Of a stretch of DNA of 18,288 nucleotides, positions 7,775 to 15,497 are shown in pieces. The translations under genes and the position numbers were made by a program. The notes under the pieces were generated by a model. The model had not been told where the DNA came from. It made no database searches and saw nothing but the letters and a program-made list of their open reading frames with translations. Positions within the stretch are counted from its first letter, which is position 1, and each line of letters opens with the position of its first letter. This stretch comes from Candidatus Rifleibacteriota bacterium (GTDB lineage: Bacteria; Muiribacteriota; Ozemobacteria; Ozemobacterales; Ozemobacteraceae), in contig JBNJGH010000051.1 of NCBI GenBank assembly GCA_051747585.1, positions 1 through 18,288 on the forward strand, read 5' to 3'.

Positions 7775-9121
7775 TTATATTAACCCCAGAAATCTTAAAA
7801 CTTCGTTACCGTAACCGGCCATGTTTAAACAGATAGGCATTAACAAAACGCCCATTAAATTCATTCTTCTTGCCTGAAATAGAACAGGTAAAAGGCCGAT
7901 TCCGGTTGCTACCGCCATTATTGCCATACCACCAAGACCGGTAAAGCTGTAGATAGCCGGCACGATTAATAGCAGCGCTATAACTGAAACCCAGTGATAA
8001 TCTATTTTTTCGACAAGTCTCATGCACCATCTGGTAAATGGTAGAAGAAGCAGAAACGAAAGACCGGCTGCAAAAAGCATTATGGTAACAAAAAGAAAAT
8101 ATTCTTTTAAAGTCAGAACCGAAACAACCGGTGTTACAATCCAGGCCAGACCACCTCTGGTTAAGCTGAGTCCTGGAACAAAGAAAAACAGAAAGGAGCC
8201 AACATAGTAAACTGTTTTACAGGTTCCATAAGACATAACAAACAGACGACTGTCTCGCTGGGCTGTGGCATGTCCGGCCATCAGTCCACCAACACCGGCG
8301 GTTACAATGGGAACAAAAGCAGCGACGAAACCGCCGAGAAAACCACCCAGTGTGCCTCTTGTAAATAATGCCCAGTCAAGTTCTATTGATTCGGCAACAT
8401 GCTGAGGAGGAACTTTGCCTATGTTAATCAGATTGGTAATCAACCAGGGTATTGCAAATAAACCGACAAAAACCGGGGTGATGCTTTGAAAGGCAAAGTC
8501 TAAGGGTACCATTGTTCTTGTTAAAACAATAAACCCGAGAATTCCGGATAAAACAAAGGTAATAATACCGACTGACAGGAATTTCCAGCCTTCAAAAAAG
8601 TTTGTCCAGCAGCTTTTTGATTGACTTACTCCTTTGGGCCATTCAGACAATATCATGTAAGAAATTACTGCCCCTAGAATCCAGAAGATGTGGGGGCTGG
8701 TAATTGTTTTTAAAGCGGGCATAATGTGAATAAAAGCTGGAGCAAGAACTGCAAGAAGGATCAAGCCACCGATTGAACCAACTCCGGTTAAAATTACTGA
8801 TTCGTAGCCTCGTCCTTTAGCAACCCAGGCTGCGCTTGGAAGTACATAGTAAGATATGCTTTCGTCACCGGGACCAAAATAAGTGGCCGGAACAGTGTTC
8901 AAAATTGAATAACCAACAACCATGCCGATACAAACAGCAATTAACTGCATTGGGTCCATGCTGTCCTGAAATTTTAAAACGAACATAAGAAAAATACCGA
9001 CAACGTTGTAGATATGCAAAGCTGGTAAAAAGGAAATTAACATCGAAAAGAGAACACCAAGAGAGCTGAAATAAAAAAGATCCAGATACTGAGGATTAAG
9101 AATAGTTTCCAGTATTGTCAT
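7775..9121 (-). CDS. TctA/DUF112-family permease, archaeal-like subtype
   Basis: Highly hydrophobic 448-aa protein with motifs FLPALHIYN, NTVPATYFGPGDE, VLP......GRGYE and PVFVGLFAIP. Confidence 0.85.
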   Translation of the reverse strand: MTILETILNPQYLDLFYFSSLGVLFSMLISFLPALHIYNVVGIFLMFVLKFQDSMDPMQLIAVCIGMVVGYSILNTVPATYFGPGDESISYYVLPSAAWVAKGRGYESVILTGVGSIGGLILLAVLAPAFIHIMPALKTITSPHIFWILGAVISYMILSEWPKGVSQSKSCWTNFFEGWKFLSVGIITFVLSGILGFIVLTRTMVPLDFAFQSITPVFVGLFAIPWLITNLINIGKVPPQHVAESIELDWALFTRGTLGGFLGGFVAAFVPIVTAGVGGLMAGHATAQRDSRLFVMSYGTCKTVYYVGSFLFFFVPGLSLTRGGLAWIVTPVVSVLTLKEYFLFVTIMLFAAGLSFLLLLPFTRWCMRLVEKIDYHWVSVIALLLIVPAIYSFTGLGGMAIMAVATGIGLLPVLFQARRMNLMGVLLMPICLNMAGYGNEVLRFLGLI

Positions 9122-10164
9122 GAATCATCTCCTGAAATTTCGCTCTCCTGAGCTGATTCAGAGGCGGTATTTACAGTTGATGCTTTATTCGTGGTGCTTT
9201 CTTTAATTGTCGAGCTAACTTTTTCTGTTGCAGAGCTAACCTTTTCGGTTGTGGTTGCATTTTCAGAATTGCCTGTTTTTGACTCTGAGTAATCCTGGGT
9301 ATCATTATTTTCAATTTCGACTCTGGAAATAACTTCAACCGCTTTTTTGCGCAGAACTTTTATCTCAAGGTCATCTTTAAAAGTTTCCACTTTGCCGACT
9401 ACGCTTATGAGATCGCCGGGATTTAATTCGAAGTTCCAGTCCAGATATTTTTTGTCTATCCAAACAGGCAGGCCGAATTTTTTGCCGTTATCAAGATTTA
9501 TTATCATGCCGGAATCAAAACTTTTAGTGCTTAATACGCTACCGGTAGTTTTTACAAAAGTGTTAAGATGTTTGTGTGCCAGCTTTTCGGGCGCAACACT
9601 TTTTATAACATCCGGTTCTTCATTTACTCTTTTTATGTAATGAAGATGCTCATGTGCGTTTATCAATAAGCTGGGTTCGTCTTTGCTGAAGCGAACCTGA
9701 CCTTCTACCGAAACTATGTCGCCTTTAACGGGAACCAGATTACTTTCCTCTATAGCCTCAGCGACCTTGGAATAAGCAGACACTCTTATGGTTTTTTCTT
9801 CGTCTCCCTCGTCGCCCTGAGAGATTATAAAATAAAGAGAACCCCATTTTTTATGGATGCCAAAGCTTTTATCTACTCTACCCTGAACTCTAACATGGGC
9901 AAAATTGCTTAAAGGGCCAAGATCACCTATTTTTACCAGTGGCGTCTGTACACTTTTTGCGTAAAAAAGCAGCAATATAAGACCAACGGTTGAGGTCAAA
10001 ATAGCAATGACTTTAAAAGCTCTAACTGAAAGGCGTTTTCCTACCAGTGCCTGACAGTATGGACAGCGCGTATAAACCCCGGTAAAGCGTCCGCAGCTGG
10101 GACAATGGGTTTCTTTGTGATAACGTTCATCCTGTTTTGTTTGTGTCTCTTTTTCCTTTTCCAT
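9118..10164 (-). CDS. Membrane-anchored protein: N-terminal Zn ribbon, one TM helix, two OB-fold-like domains, Ser/Thr-rich tail
   Basis: CPSCG...CPYC and TM VIAILTSTVGLILLLFYA. OB-fold signatures VRVQGRV...KGDIVSVEGQV and VKTTGSV...PGDLISVVGKVETFKDDLEI. Overlaps the permease gene by 4 bp (ATGA). CGAGGAAG RBS. Confidence 0.85.
   Translation of the reverse strand: MEKEKETQTKQDERYHKETHCPSCGRFTGVYTRCPYCQALVGKRLSVRAFKVIAILTSTVGLILLLFYAKSVQTPLVKIGDLGPLSNFAHVRVQGRVDKSFGIHKKWGSLYFIISQGDEGDEEKTIRVSAYSKVAEAIEESNLVPVKGDIVSVEGQVRFSKDEPSLLINAHEHLHYIKRVNEEPDVIKSVAPEKLAHKHLNTFVKTTGSVLSTKSFDSGMIINLDNGKKFGLPVWIDKKYLDWNFELNPGDLISVVGKVETFKDDLEIKVLRKKAVEVISRVEIENNDTQDYSESKTGNSENATTTEKVSSATEKVSSTIKESTTNKASTVNTASESAQESEISGDDS
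9212..9253 (-). repeat. Imperfect 21-bp tandem duplication in coding sequence (TEKVSS repeat)
   Basis: GAGCTAACTTTTTCTGTTGCA followed by GAGCTAACCTTTTCGGTTGTG. Confidence 0.7.
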
Positions 10165-10179
10165 ACTTCCTCGTTTAAT

Positions 10180-12084
10180 TTAGAATGCTGTTTTTAAAAC
10201 CTTTTCAAGGTGTCTTACAACTTTTTGGGGGTAGTGGGGCGGTATAATCTGTGGAAAAGCAATTACCACAGCTGTTGCCCCGGTATGTGAAATTTCGTAA
10301 TCGCTGCCCGCCATAACCTTAAGTTTAACCGGGTGTTCAGAATTTTTAAGACTGAATGCAAGACTGTCTGCAATAAACTTTCCTTTGCCGCCGCGATGAT
10401 AATGTCTTGCATTGATTGTGCCGCAATTTTCTCTTTTAAAAGATAAAATCAGATCAAAATCATCTGCAAGATTTGCTTCGAGAACCGCTTGATATTCGGG
10501 ATGTCTCATAGTTTCAGGCATTGAAAGTCTGGCGACTTTTGCTCCTGCTTCAGTCAGAGCAGACTCAAACTCTTTTAGTAGATTTCCAAAACTTCGTGGA
10601 GCCAGAATGCCGATTTTTTTTCCTAACAATCTCTGTGAAACCGGCGTTAACCTGATATTTTTGAAGCTTACCGGCTCACCTTTTGTTTTTATCCAGCTGG
10701 TGGTTTTCTTGTATCCGGCAGGAGGAATAATTTTCAGGTGTAGATTTTCATAAACCATTGGATATTCAAGATAAAAATAACCTCCAACTGCTGTTTTTAT
10801 CTTTTTAAGGCCATAATCAAGTTCAACGCCTTTCAGCCCTTTGCCTGAGCGATCTGTGACTTTTCCAATAACAAATCGATTCACAGGTTCTTTAACTTTG
10901 ATCCATTTATTTTCGATTATTTGACTGTCGTGAACCAGTCTGATCTCCAGAGAACCTCTTTCTTTTCCGGTTAAATCAAGCAAGGCCAGCGATTGACCAT
11001 CTTCATTTGTATTCAGAATTGTTTCGCCTTGATCACCATAGCAAACGGCGATAGATGTCGATCTGGTATTTAAGCTACCTTCGCTGTCATGCAAATCGAT
11101 CTGAACCGGAAACTTGCCTTTGAAACCTTCAGGAATAAATGGAGCGACAGGCTTGATAGCACCGCCGGCCAGGGGTAATTCTATCTTTATTGGCAGGTTG
11201 ATTTTGGGGGAAACCGTGCCGTCATTAGCCTGAAAGGTTAGTTTTAAATTATAGGTTCCACTTTGAAGTGATTCGGTGTTGTAAAGGCGATAAGTGTTAC
11301 TGACCGTGGGTAGCAGGTCGAAGCCAAAGCTGGTGTTTGAATTTGCCATTCTGGCTTTTAATTTTGCAATCGGTTTGTTTGCGGTAAAAATAAAGTTAAA
11401 AAAGGGCGTATTAATTTCTACGGGCTGGTCTGCAACCAGAAATTTTATTTTTAAAGGGCCTTTGGAAAAGGTTTTGCGAATAGCTCTTCTCAATGCTTCT
11501 GCCTGATTGGTGAGCTCTTTTCCTGTTTTCAGTCCTTTTTCAATTTCCGGAATAGAAATGTAACTTCCTTCAGTCAATATGGCCGGAGCTTCGTTATTTC
11601 TCAATACAAAGAATCCACCCGGAACAATAATGGAGTTCTGGCCAAAGCCATGACTTTTTAGTTTATCAAACATATCCGTGCCCGCTGTTTTGCTAAGGCC
11701 GGAATCAAGGGCATTGTAGTAAATTTCGCTACGGTTTTTTTTGCGTGGCGTAATAGAGGCGTTATGATGAATAGAAACAAAAAGGTCTGGCTTTAGTTGT
11801 CGGGCTTTTTGTACCCTCTGACTGAGAGAAAGATATTTATCCGTATCTCTGGTCATAAATACTTCCGCTCCATCTGCCTGCAGAAGCATTTTTAAATAAC
11901 GGGCTACCCTTAAATTCGTTTCCGATTCTTTTAAGCCCGTAGGGCCTACTGCACCAGGATCTGCTCCACCATGTCCGGGGTCGAGTAAAATTCTAACTCC
12001 TTTTAATGGATTAAGGACAAGAGCAGAAGCACTGGCAGAGACCAGCAAAAAAATAAACAAAAATACGAATTTGTTTCTCTTCAT
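10180..12084 (-). CDS. Secreted N-acetylmuramoyl-L-alanine amidase (Amidase_3) with beta-rich middle domains and a degenerate second amidase-like domain
   Basis: Signal peptide. Catalytic motifs ILLDPGHGGADPGA, KESETNL, MTRDTD, FVSIHHNA and VLRNNEAPAILTE. Confidence 0.93.
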   Translation of the reverse strand: MKRNKFVFLFIFLLVSASASALVLNPLKGVRILLDPGHGGADPGAVGPTGLKESETNLRVARYLKMLLQADGAEVFMTRDTDKYLSLSQRVQKARQLKPDLFVSIHHNASITPRKKNRSEIYYNALDSGLSKTAGTDMFDKLKSHGFGQNSIIVPGGFFVLRNNEAPAILTEGSYISIPEIEKGLKTGKELTNQAEALRRAIRKTFSKGPLKIKFLVADQPVEINTPFFNFIFTANKPIAKLKARMANSNTSFGFDLLPTVSNTYRLYNTESLQSGTYNLKLTFQANDGTVSPKINLPIKIELPLAGGAIKPVAPFIPEGFKGKFPVQIDLHDSEGSLNTRSTSIAVCYGDQGETILNTNEDGQSLALLDLTGKERGSLEIRLVHDSQIIENKWIKVKEPVNRFVIGKVTDRSGKGLKGVELDYGLKKIKTAVGGYFYLEYPMVYENLHLKIIPPAGYKKTTSWIKTKGEPVSFKNIRLTPVSQRLLGKKIGILAPRSFGNLLKEFESALTEAGAKVARLSMPETMRHPEYQAVLEANLADDFDLILSFKRENCGTINARHYHRGGKGKFIADSLAFSLKNSEHPVKLKVMAGSDYEISHTGATAVVIAFPQIIPPHYPQKVVRHLEKVLKTAF

Positions 12085-12090
12085 GCTGTC

Positions 12091-12118
12091 ATATTATCAC
12101 ATGATCTGGGATGGTCAA
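12091..12118 (-). promoter_or_regulatory. Putative sigma70 promoter, possibly leaderless start of the amidase operon
   Basis: Minus strand TTGACC-N16-TAATAT-N6-ATG, with an overlapping TGTGATAAT. No Shine-Dalgarno visible. Confidence 0.5.
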
Positions 12119-12125
12119 GCAATTA

Positions 12126-12150
12126 GAAAAGAATTGAGCTAATATTTCCA
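12126..12150 (+). repeat. 25-bp direct repeat, copy 1
   Basis: GAAAAGAATTGAGCTAATATTTCCA is identical to 12331-12355. Confidence 0.95.
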
Positions 12151-12330
12151 TTTGTTTGTAAAAAACTGTTTCAAGACATTTAGATTGCTTCGCTTTGCTC
12201 GCAATGACAGCCCCACATTGTCATTGCGAGGAGCATAGCGACGAAGCAATCTTTAATCATCTAAGATTTATTAATCATAAAAAAATAAAATGTCATGAAA
12301 CGCGCTAATAATATTAAATGGAGAACGACT
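12146..12330 (-). mobile_element. Non-autonomous MITE/REP-like element, copy A
   Basis: Subterminal IR GTTTCAAGACATTT (12168-12181) / AAATGTCATGAAAC (12288-12301). Inner arms AGATTGCTTCG...CTCGCAATGAC and GTCATTGCGAG...CGAAGCAATCT. End-to-end similar to the reverse complement of 17938-18245. Confidence 0.8.
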
Positions 12331-12355
12331 GAAAAGAATTGAGCTAATATTTCCA
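12331..12355 (+). repeat. 25-bp direct repeat, copy 2 (overlaps the stop codon of the J-domain gene)
   Basis: Identical to 12126-12150. It contains the reverse complement of TGG AAA TAT TAG (W-K-Y-stop). Confidence 0.95.
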
Positions 12356-13255
12356 GTTCATTTTTTCGGCAAGTTCTTTAAAAGCCTCTTCCTGCTCTGG
12401 CTTTAAGTCTTTTGGAATAATCACTTCAAGTTTAACCAGTAAGTCTCCACCAAGTCCCTGACCACGCATTCGCAAGACATGACCGCTTTGGCTGCCTGAA
12501 GGAACGGTGAGTATAAAATCTTCACCGCGGGGGCTTTTCAGCTTGATTTTGCTTCCCAGGACTGCCTGGGCCAGATTAATGCTGATAGTGGTTTCAATAT
12601 TTTTTCCTTTTATTTTAAAAGGATGCTCGTCTTCAATATTTATTTTAAGGCTGAAATCGCCCTGATAGGTTTTTACTTTAAGTACTTTATGGTTGGGCGT
12701 TTCCGGGGGGATGGTTACGTTCTGGGTGCCGCCCGGTAGTCCGGTAACCGATATCTTGCCACCTTTTATTGCGGTAGAGAGTGGTATTTTAAGAGTGGCG
12801 TCGGCTTGTTGTCCACCGCCACGCTGAGCCCTGCCTCCGCCAAAAAGGTTTTCAAAATTGCCAAAGGGCGAGCCGGAGGTTCTGGTTGTTCGGCTTGTTC
12901 TGCCACCGGAACTGAAGCCGCCAAAACTTCTCAGTATCTCTTCAAACATATCGGCACCGCCGGCTGAACCGGAACCCGAAGATGAATAAAAAAAGTCTCC
13001 GAAGGGCCCTTCTTTGGAAAAGCCTTCAAAATTGTATGAACCACGGCCTGTTCGTGCGCCATCATATTTTTTACGCTCTTTATCGCGACTCAATACCTCG
13101 TAAGCTTCTGATATTTCTTTGAATTTTTCTTCTGCTTTTTTGTTTCCTTTATTGATGTCGGGATGATACTTTTTAGCCAGCTTTTTAAAGGCTTTTTTTA
13201 TATCTTCTTTGCTGGCACCCTCGGAAACACCAAGTATTTTATAGTAGTCTTTCAT
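12344..13255 (-). CDS. cbpA: DnaJ class B / CbpA-like co-chaperone
   Basis: J domain KDYYKILGV...KKYHPD...[12 protein letters not shown], a G/F-rich region, no CxxCxGxG zinc finger, and a DnaJ C-terminal domain ([13 protein letters not shown]). Confidence 0.9.
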   Translation of the reverse strand: MKDYYKILGVSEGASKEDIKKAFKKLAKKYHPDINKGNKKAEEKFKEISEAYEVLSRDKERKKYDGARTGRGSYNFEGFSKEGPFGDFFYSSSGSGSAGGADMFEEILRSFGGFSSGGRTSRTTRTSGSPFGNFENLFGGGRAQRGGGQQADATLKIPLSTAIKGGKISVTGLPGGTQNVTIPPETPNHKVLKVKTYQGDFSLKINIEDEHPFKIKGKNIETTISINLAQAVLGSKIKLKSPRGEDFILTVPSGSQSGHVLRMRGQGLGGDLLVKLEVIIPKDLKPEQEEAFKELAEKMNWKY

Positions 13256-13263
13256 AATGAAAT

Positions 13264-13272
13264 ATTATAGCA
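13264..13272 (-). promoter_or_regulatory. Extended -10 promoter, probable leaderless transcript of the J-domain gene
   Basis: Minus strand TGCTATAAT, then 8 nt (ATTTCATT), then ATG. No Shine-Dalgarno. Confidence 0.6.
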
Positions 13273-13325
13273 CATAACCGGAAAATTTTGGACTGTCAAA
13301 TTTTTCCAGGAAATTGACAAAAATT

Positions 13326-13341
13326 CGGCAAAATTTTGCCG
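13326..13341. promoter_or_regulatory. Perfect 16-bp palindrome in a divergent promoter region, candidate operator
   Basis: CGGCAAAATTTTGCCG. Confidence 0.45.
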
Positions 13342-13436
13342 GCTTTAACTCTTAATTTGCTTTATTAACAGCTTTTCAGAATGGCAAAGTTATTGCATGA
13401 TTATTCTGTAATGCCAGAAAATAGGAGAATTATAGT

Positions 13437-15275
13437 ATGTATACGGTAAAAAGATTTTTAACACTGTTTATTCTGGGGATGGCAATTATAGCTGCACCAG
13501 GTATGACAGCACAGCAGCAGGCTTGGTATGATGCCACTCATATTTTTGAAGAAGATGTTGATAAGCTTGTTAAAAACGTAAAACTTGAAACTAAAGTAGA
13601 AAGAGCAAAAAGAGTAAAAGCTCCATTACCGGAAAAAAGAAATTATAAAGTCGGAGACGTAGAAACTTTCTGGACTAAAAATATTGTCGAAAATAAATTT
13701 GAACAGACTAAAGCCGAACTTAAAGCTATTGGCAAACACTGCTACATTTTTGTAGAACAGGGAAAAAGTCTTTCGGATGAAGTGTTTGAAAATGTTCGCA
13801 AACAGTTTGATGAGGTAATTTATCCTACTAACACCTCAACCTTTGGGTTTGAATGGAAACCAGGCATTGATGGTGACGAAAGAATTACTCTGTTAATGTT
13901 TGATATTAAAGATGGCTTTGACGGCACAGGTGGGTTTGTCGGTGGTTATTTCTTCGCCGGTGATCAGTTCTTGAATTCACAGATTCCACCTAGTTACAAT
14001 ATAAAATCTAACGAACGCGAAATGTTCTATCTCGATATTAACCCTTCAGACCCAACCAAAGATCATTACATGTCTATAGTAGCGCATGAATTTCAGCACA
14101 TGATTCATTTTGCCCACGATTCAAAAGAAACTACCTGGGTTAACGAAGCCTGTTCTCAGATTGCCCCTTACCTTTGCGGTTTCGGGCATGCAAATCAAAT
14201 TGTTTCATATATGAAAACACCTGATAACAGTTTGACTGCATGGGCAGAGGACCAAATGGTAGCTAATTACGGTCAGGTATATCTTTGGAACTACTACATC
14301 TACAACCGTTTTCTCGCTAACGATAACAGTCGCAAGGATTTCTTCAAAAAGCTGGTTGACTCTAAACAAAAGGGTATTAACGGTTATGTAGAGGCTTTTA
14401 AAGCCCTGGATGTAACTTTTGACGAAATGTTCGAAAGATTTGCAGTTACTAATTTTATTAACAATCCTGAGCTTGGTAAGAAAAATGAGTATGGTTATGA
14501 CAAAAGTCTCGGTCGCTTGAAACTGCCGGTAAGTGAAACAGTTAAAGCTATCCCTGCTGAGATTGAAGGCGAAGTATTGTTCTGGAGTGCTGATGCAATC
14601 AAAGTTGATCTTGCCAATGCCAAATCTAAAGTTGATATAAGCTTTTCGGCTCCAATGCACAGTCTTGATGCAAGTCATTTTAATACATTTTCTGTAGCTG
14701 TAATAGAGAAAAATTCCAGAGATAAAGTAACTCCTAAAATCACATACATTGATGTTAAACAAAATGCATCTGAAAAAATTCAAGCTGGAAAAGTGACAAT
14801 TGTTCCTACCAAGGAATATGACACTGCTATGATTGTTGTTATTGGAACTGCTCCTGAAGAAGCTGATGAAAATATCTACAAAAAAGCAAAAGCAGTAGGC
14901 TACAGCGTCTCAGTCAAGGATGCCGGTCAGACTGTAAGCAGGATGGTCGCAAGTGCAGATGCAAATGAGATGGTAAAAGATTACGCACGTTTTGCAGTCA
15001 GCGATAGCGAATCGAATGAATCAGCCATGATGATTCGTTTTAACAACCTTGAAACCATTAGTTTTGAGCTTTCCAGAAAAGTGAAAAACGATCTCGACGC
15101 AGGTAATCTTGAAAGTCTCGATACAATTATTGACCAGGCTTCAACTGGAAAAATTGAACTGGAAAGCATCAGACCCCTTATAAATAAAGTTCTTGGTGTT
15201 GCTGAATTTAAAGCTAATCAGGAAAGTGATAATTTCGAACTTGAACAAAGAATTAAAACTCTGAAGAGCTTCTAG
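13437..15275 (+). CDS. Secreted zinc metallopeptidase (gluzincin, M30/hyicolysin-like)
   Basis: Signal peptide and AGGAG RBS. AHEFQHMIH followed by WVNEACS. Upstream PGIDGDERI, GGYF and SNEREMFYL motifs. Confidence 0.88.
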   Translation: MYTVKRFLTLFILGMAIIAAPGMTAQQQAWYDATHIFEEDVDKLVKNVKLETKVERAKRVKAPLPEKRNYKVGDVETFWTKNIVENKFEQTKAELKAIGKHCYIFVEQGKSLSDEVFENVRKQFDEVIYPTNTSTFGFEWKPGIDGDERITLLMFDIKDGFDGTGGFVGGYFFAGDQFLNSQIPPSYNIKSNEREMFYLDINPSDPTKDHYMSIVAHEFQHMIHFAHDSKETTWVNEACSQIAPYLCGFGHANQIVSYMKTPDNSLTAWAEDQMVANYGQVYLWNYYIYNRFLANDNSRKDFFKKLVDSKQKGINGYVEAFKALDVTFDEMFERFAVTNFINNPELGKKNEYGYDKSLGRLKLPVSETVKAIPAEIEGEVLFWSADAIKVDLANAKSKVDISFSAPMHSLDASHFNTFSVAVIEKNSRDKVTPKITYIDVKQNASEKIQAGKVTIVPTKEYDTAMIVVIGTAPEEADENIYKKAKAVGYSVSVKDAGQTVSRMVASADANEMVKDYARFAVSDSESNESAMMIRFNNLETISFELSRKVKNDLDAGNLESLDTIIDQASTGKIELESIRPLINKVLGVAEFKANQESDNFELEQRIKTLKSF

Positions 15276-15294
15276 ACAAAATCCGATATCTGGC

Positions 15295-15325
15295 AGACCG
15301 GGCATTTTTGCCCGGTCTTTTTTTT
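15295..15325 (+). terminator. Rho-independent terminator
   Basis: AGACCGGGCA-TTTT-TGCCCGGTCT followed by a T tract, 19 nt after the stop. Confidence 0.92.
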
Positions 15326-15497
15326 CGCCTCTAAATGTCAGCAACTCTCATTCAGTCATTAATGCCCGGAACTACTATGCAAGTTCAGCTTAATTTGTGT
15401 GTGAATAAAAAATATTATAGTTTAGATGGTGTAAAATAATATTAAACGGAAAATTATTAGAAGAAGAAACTTTCTGTTATTGGTGAAAGGAAAGCAG

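Noticed and set aside
13265..13295. CIRCE (HrcA) operator upstream of the J-domain gene
   Set aside because: Only a weak half-site (ATAGCACAT) is present, with no GAGTGCTAA partner at 9-nt spacing.
14205..14783. 192-aa antisense ORF
   Set aside because: Shadow of the metallopeptidase gene, with no recognisable motif.
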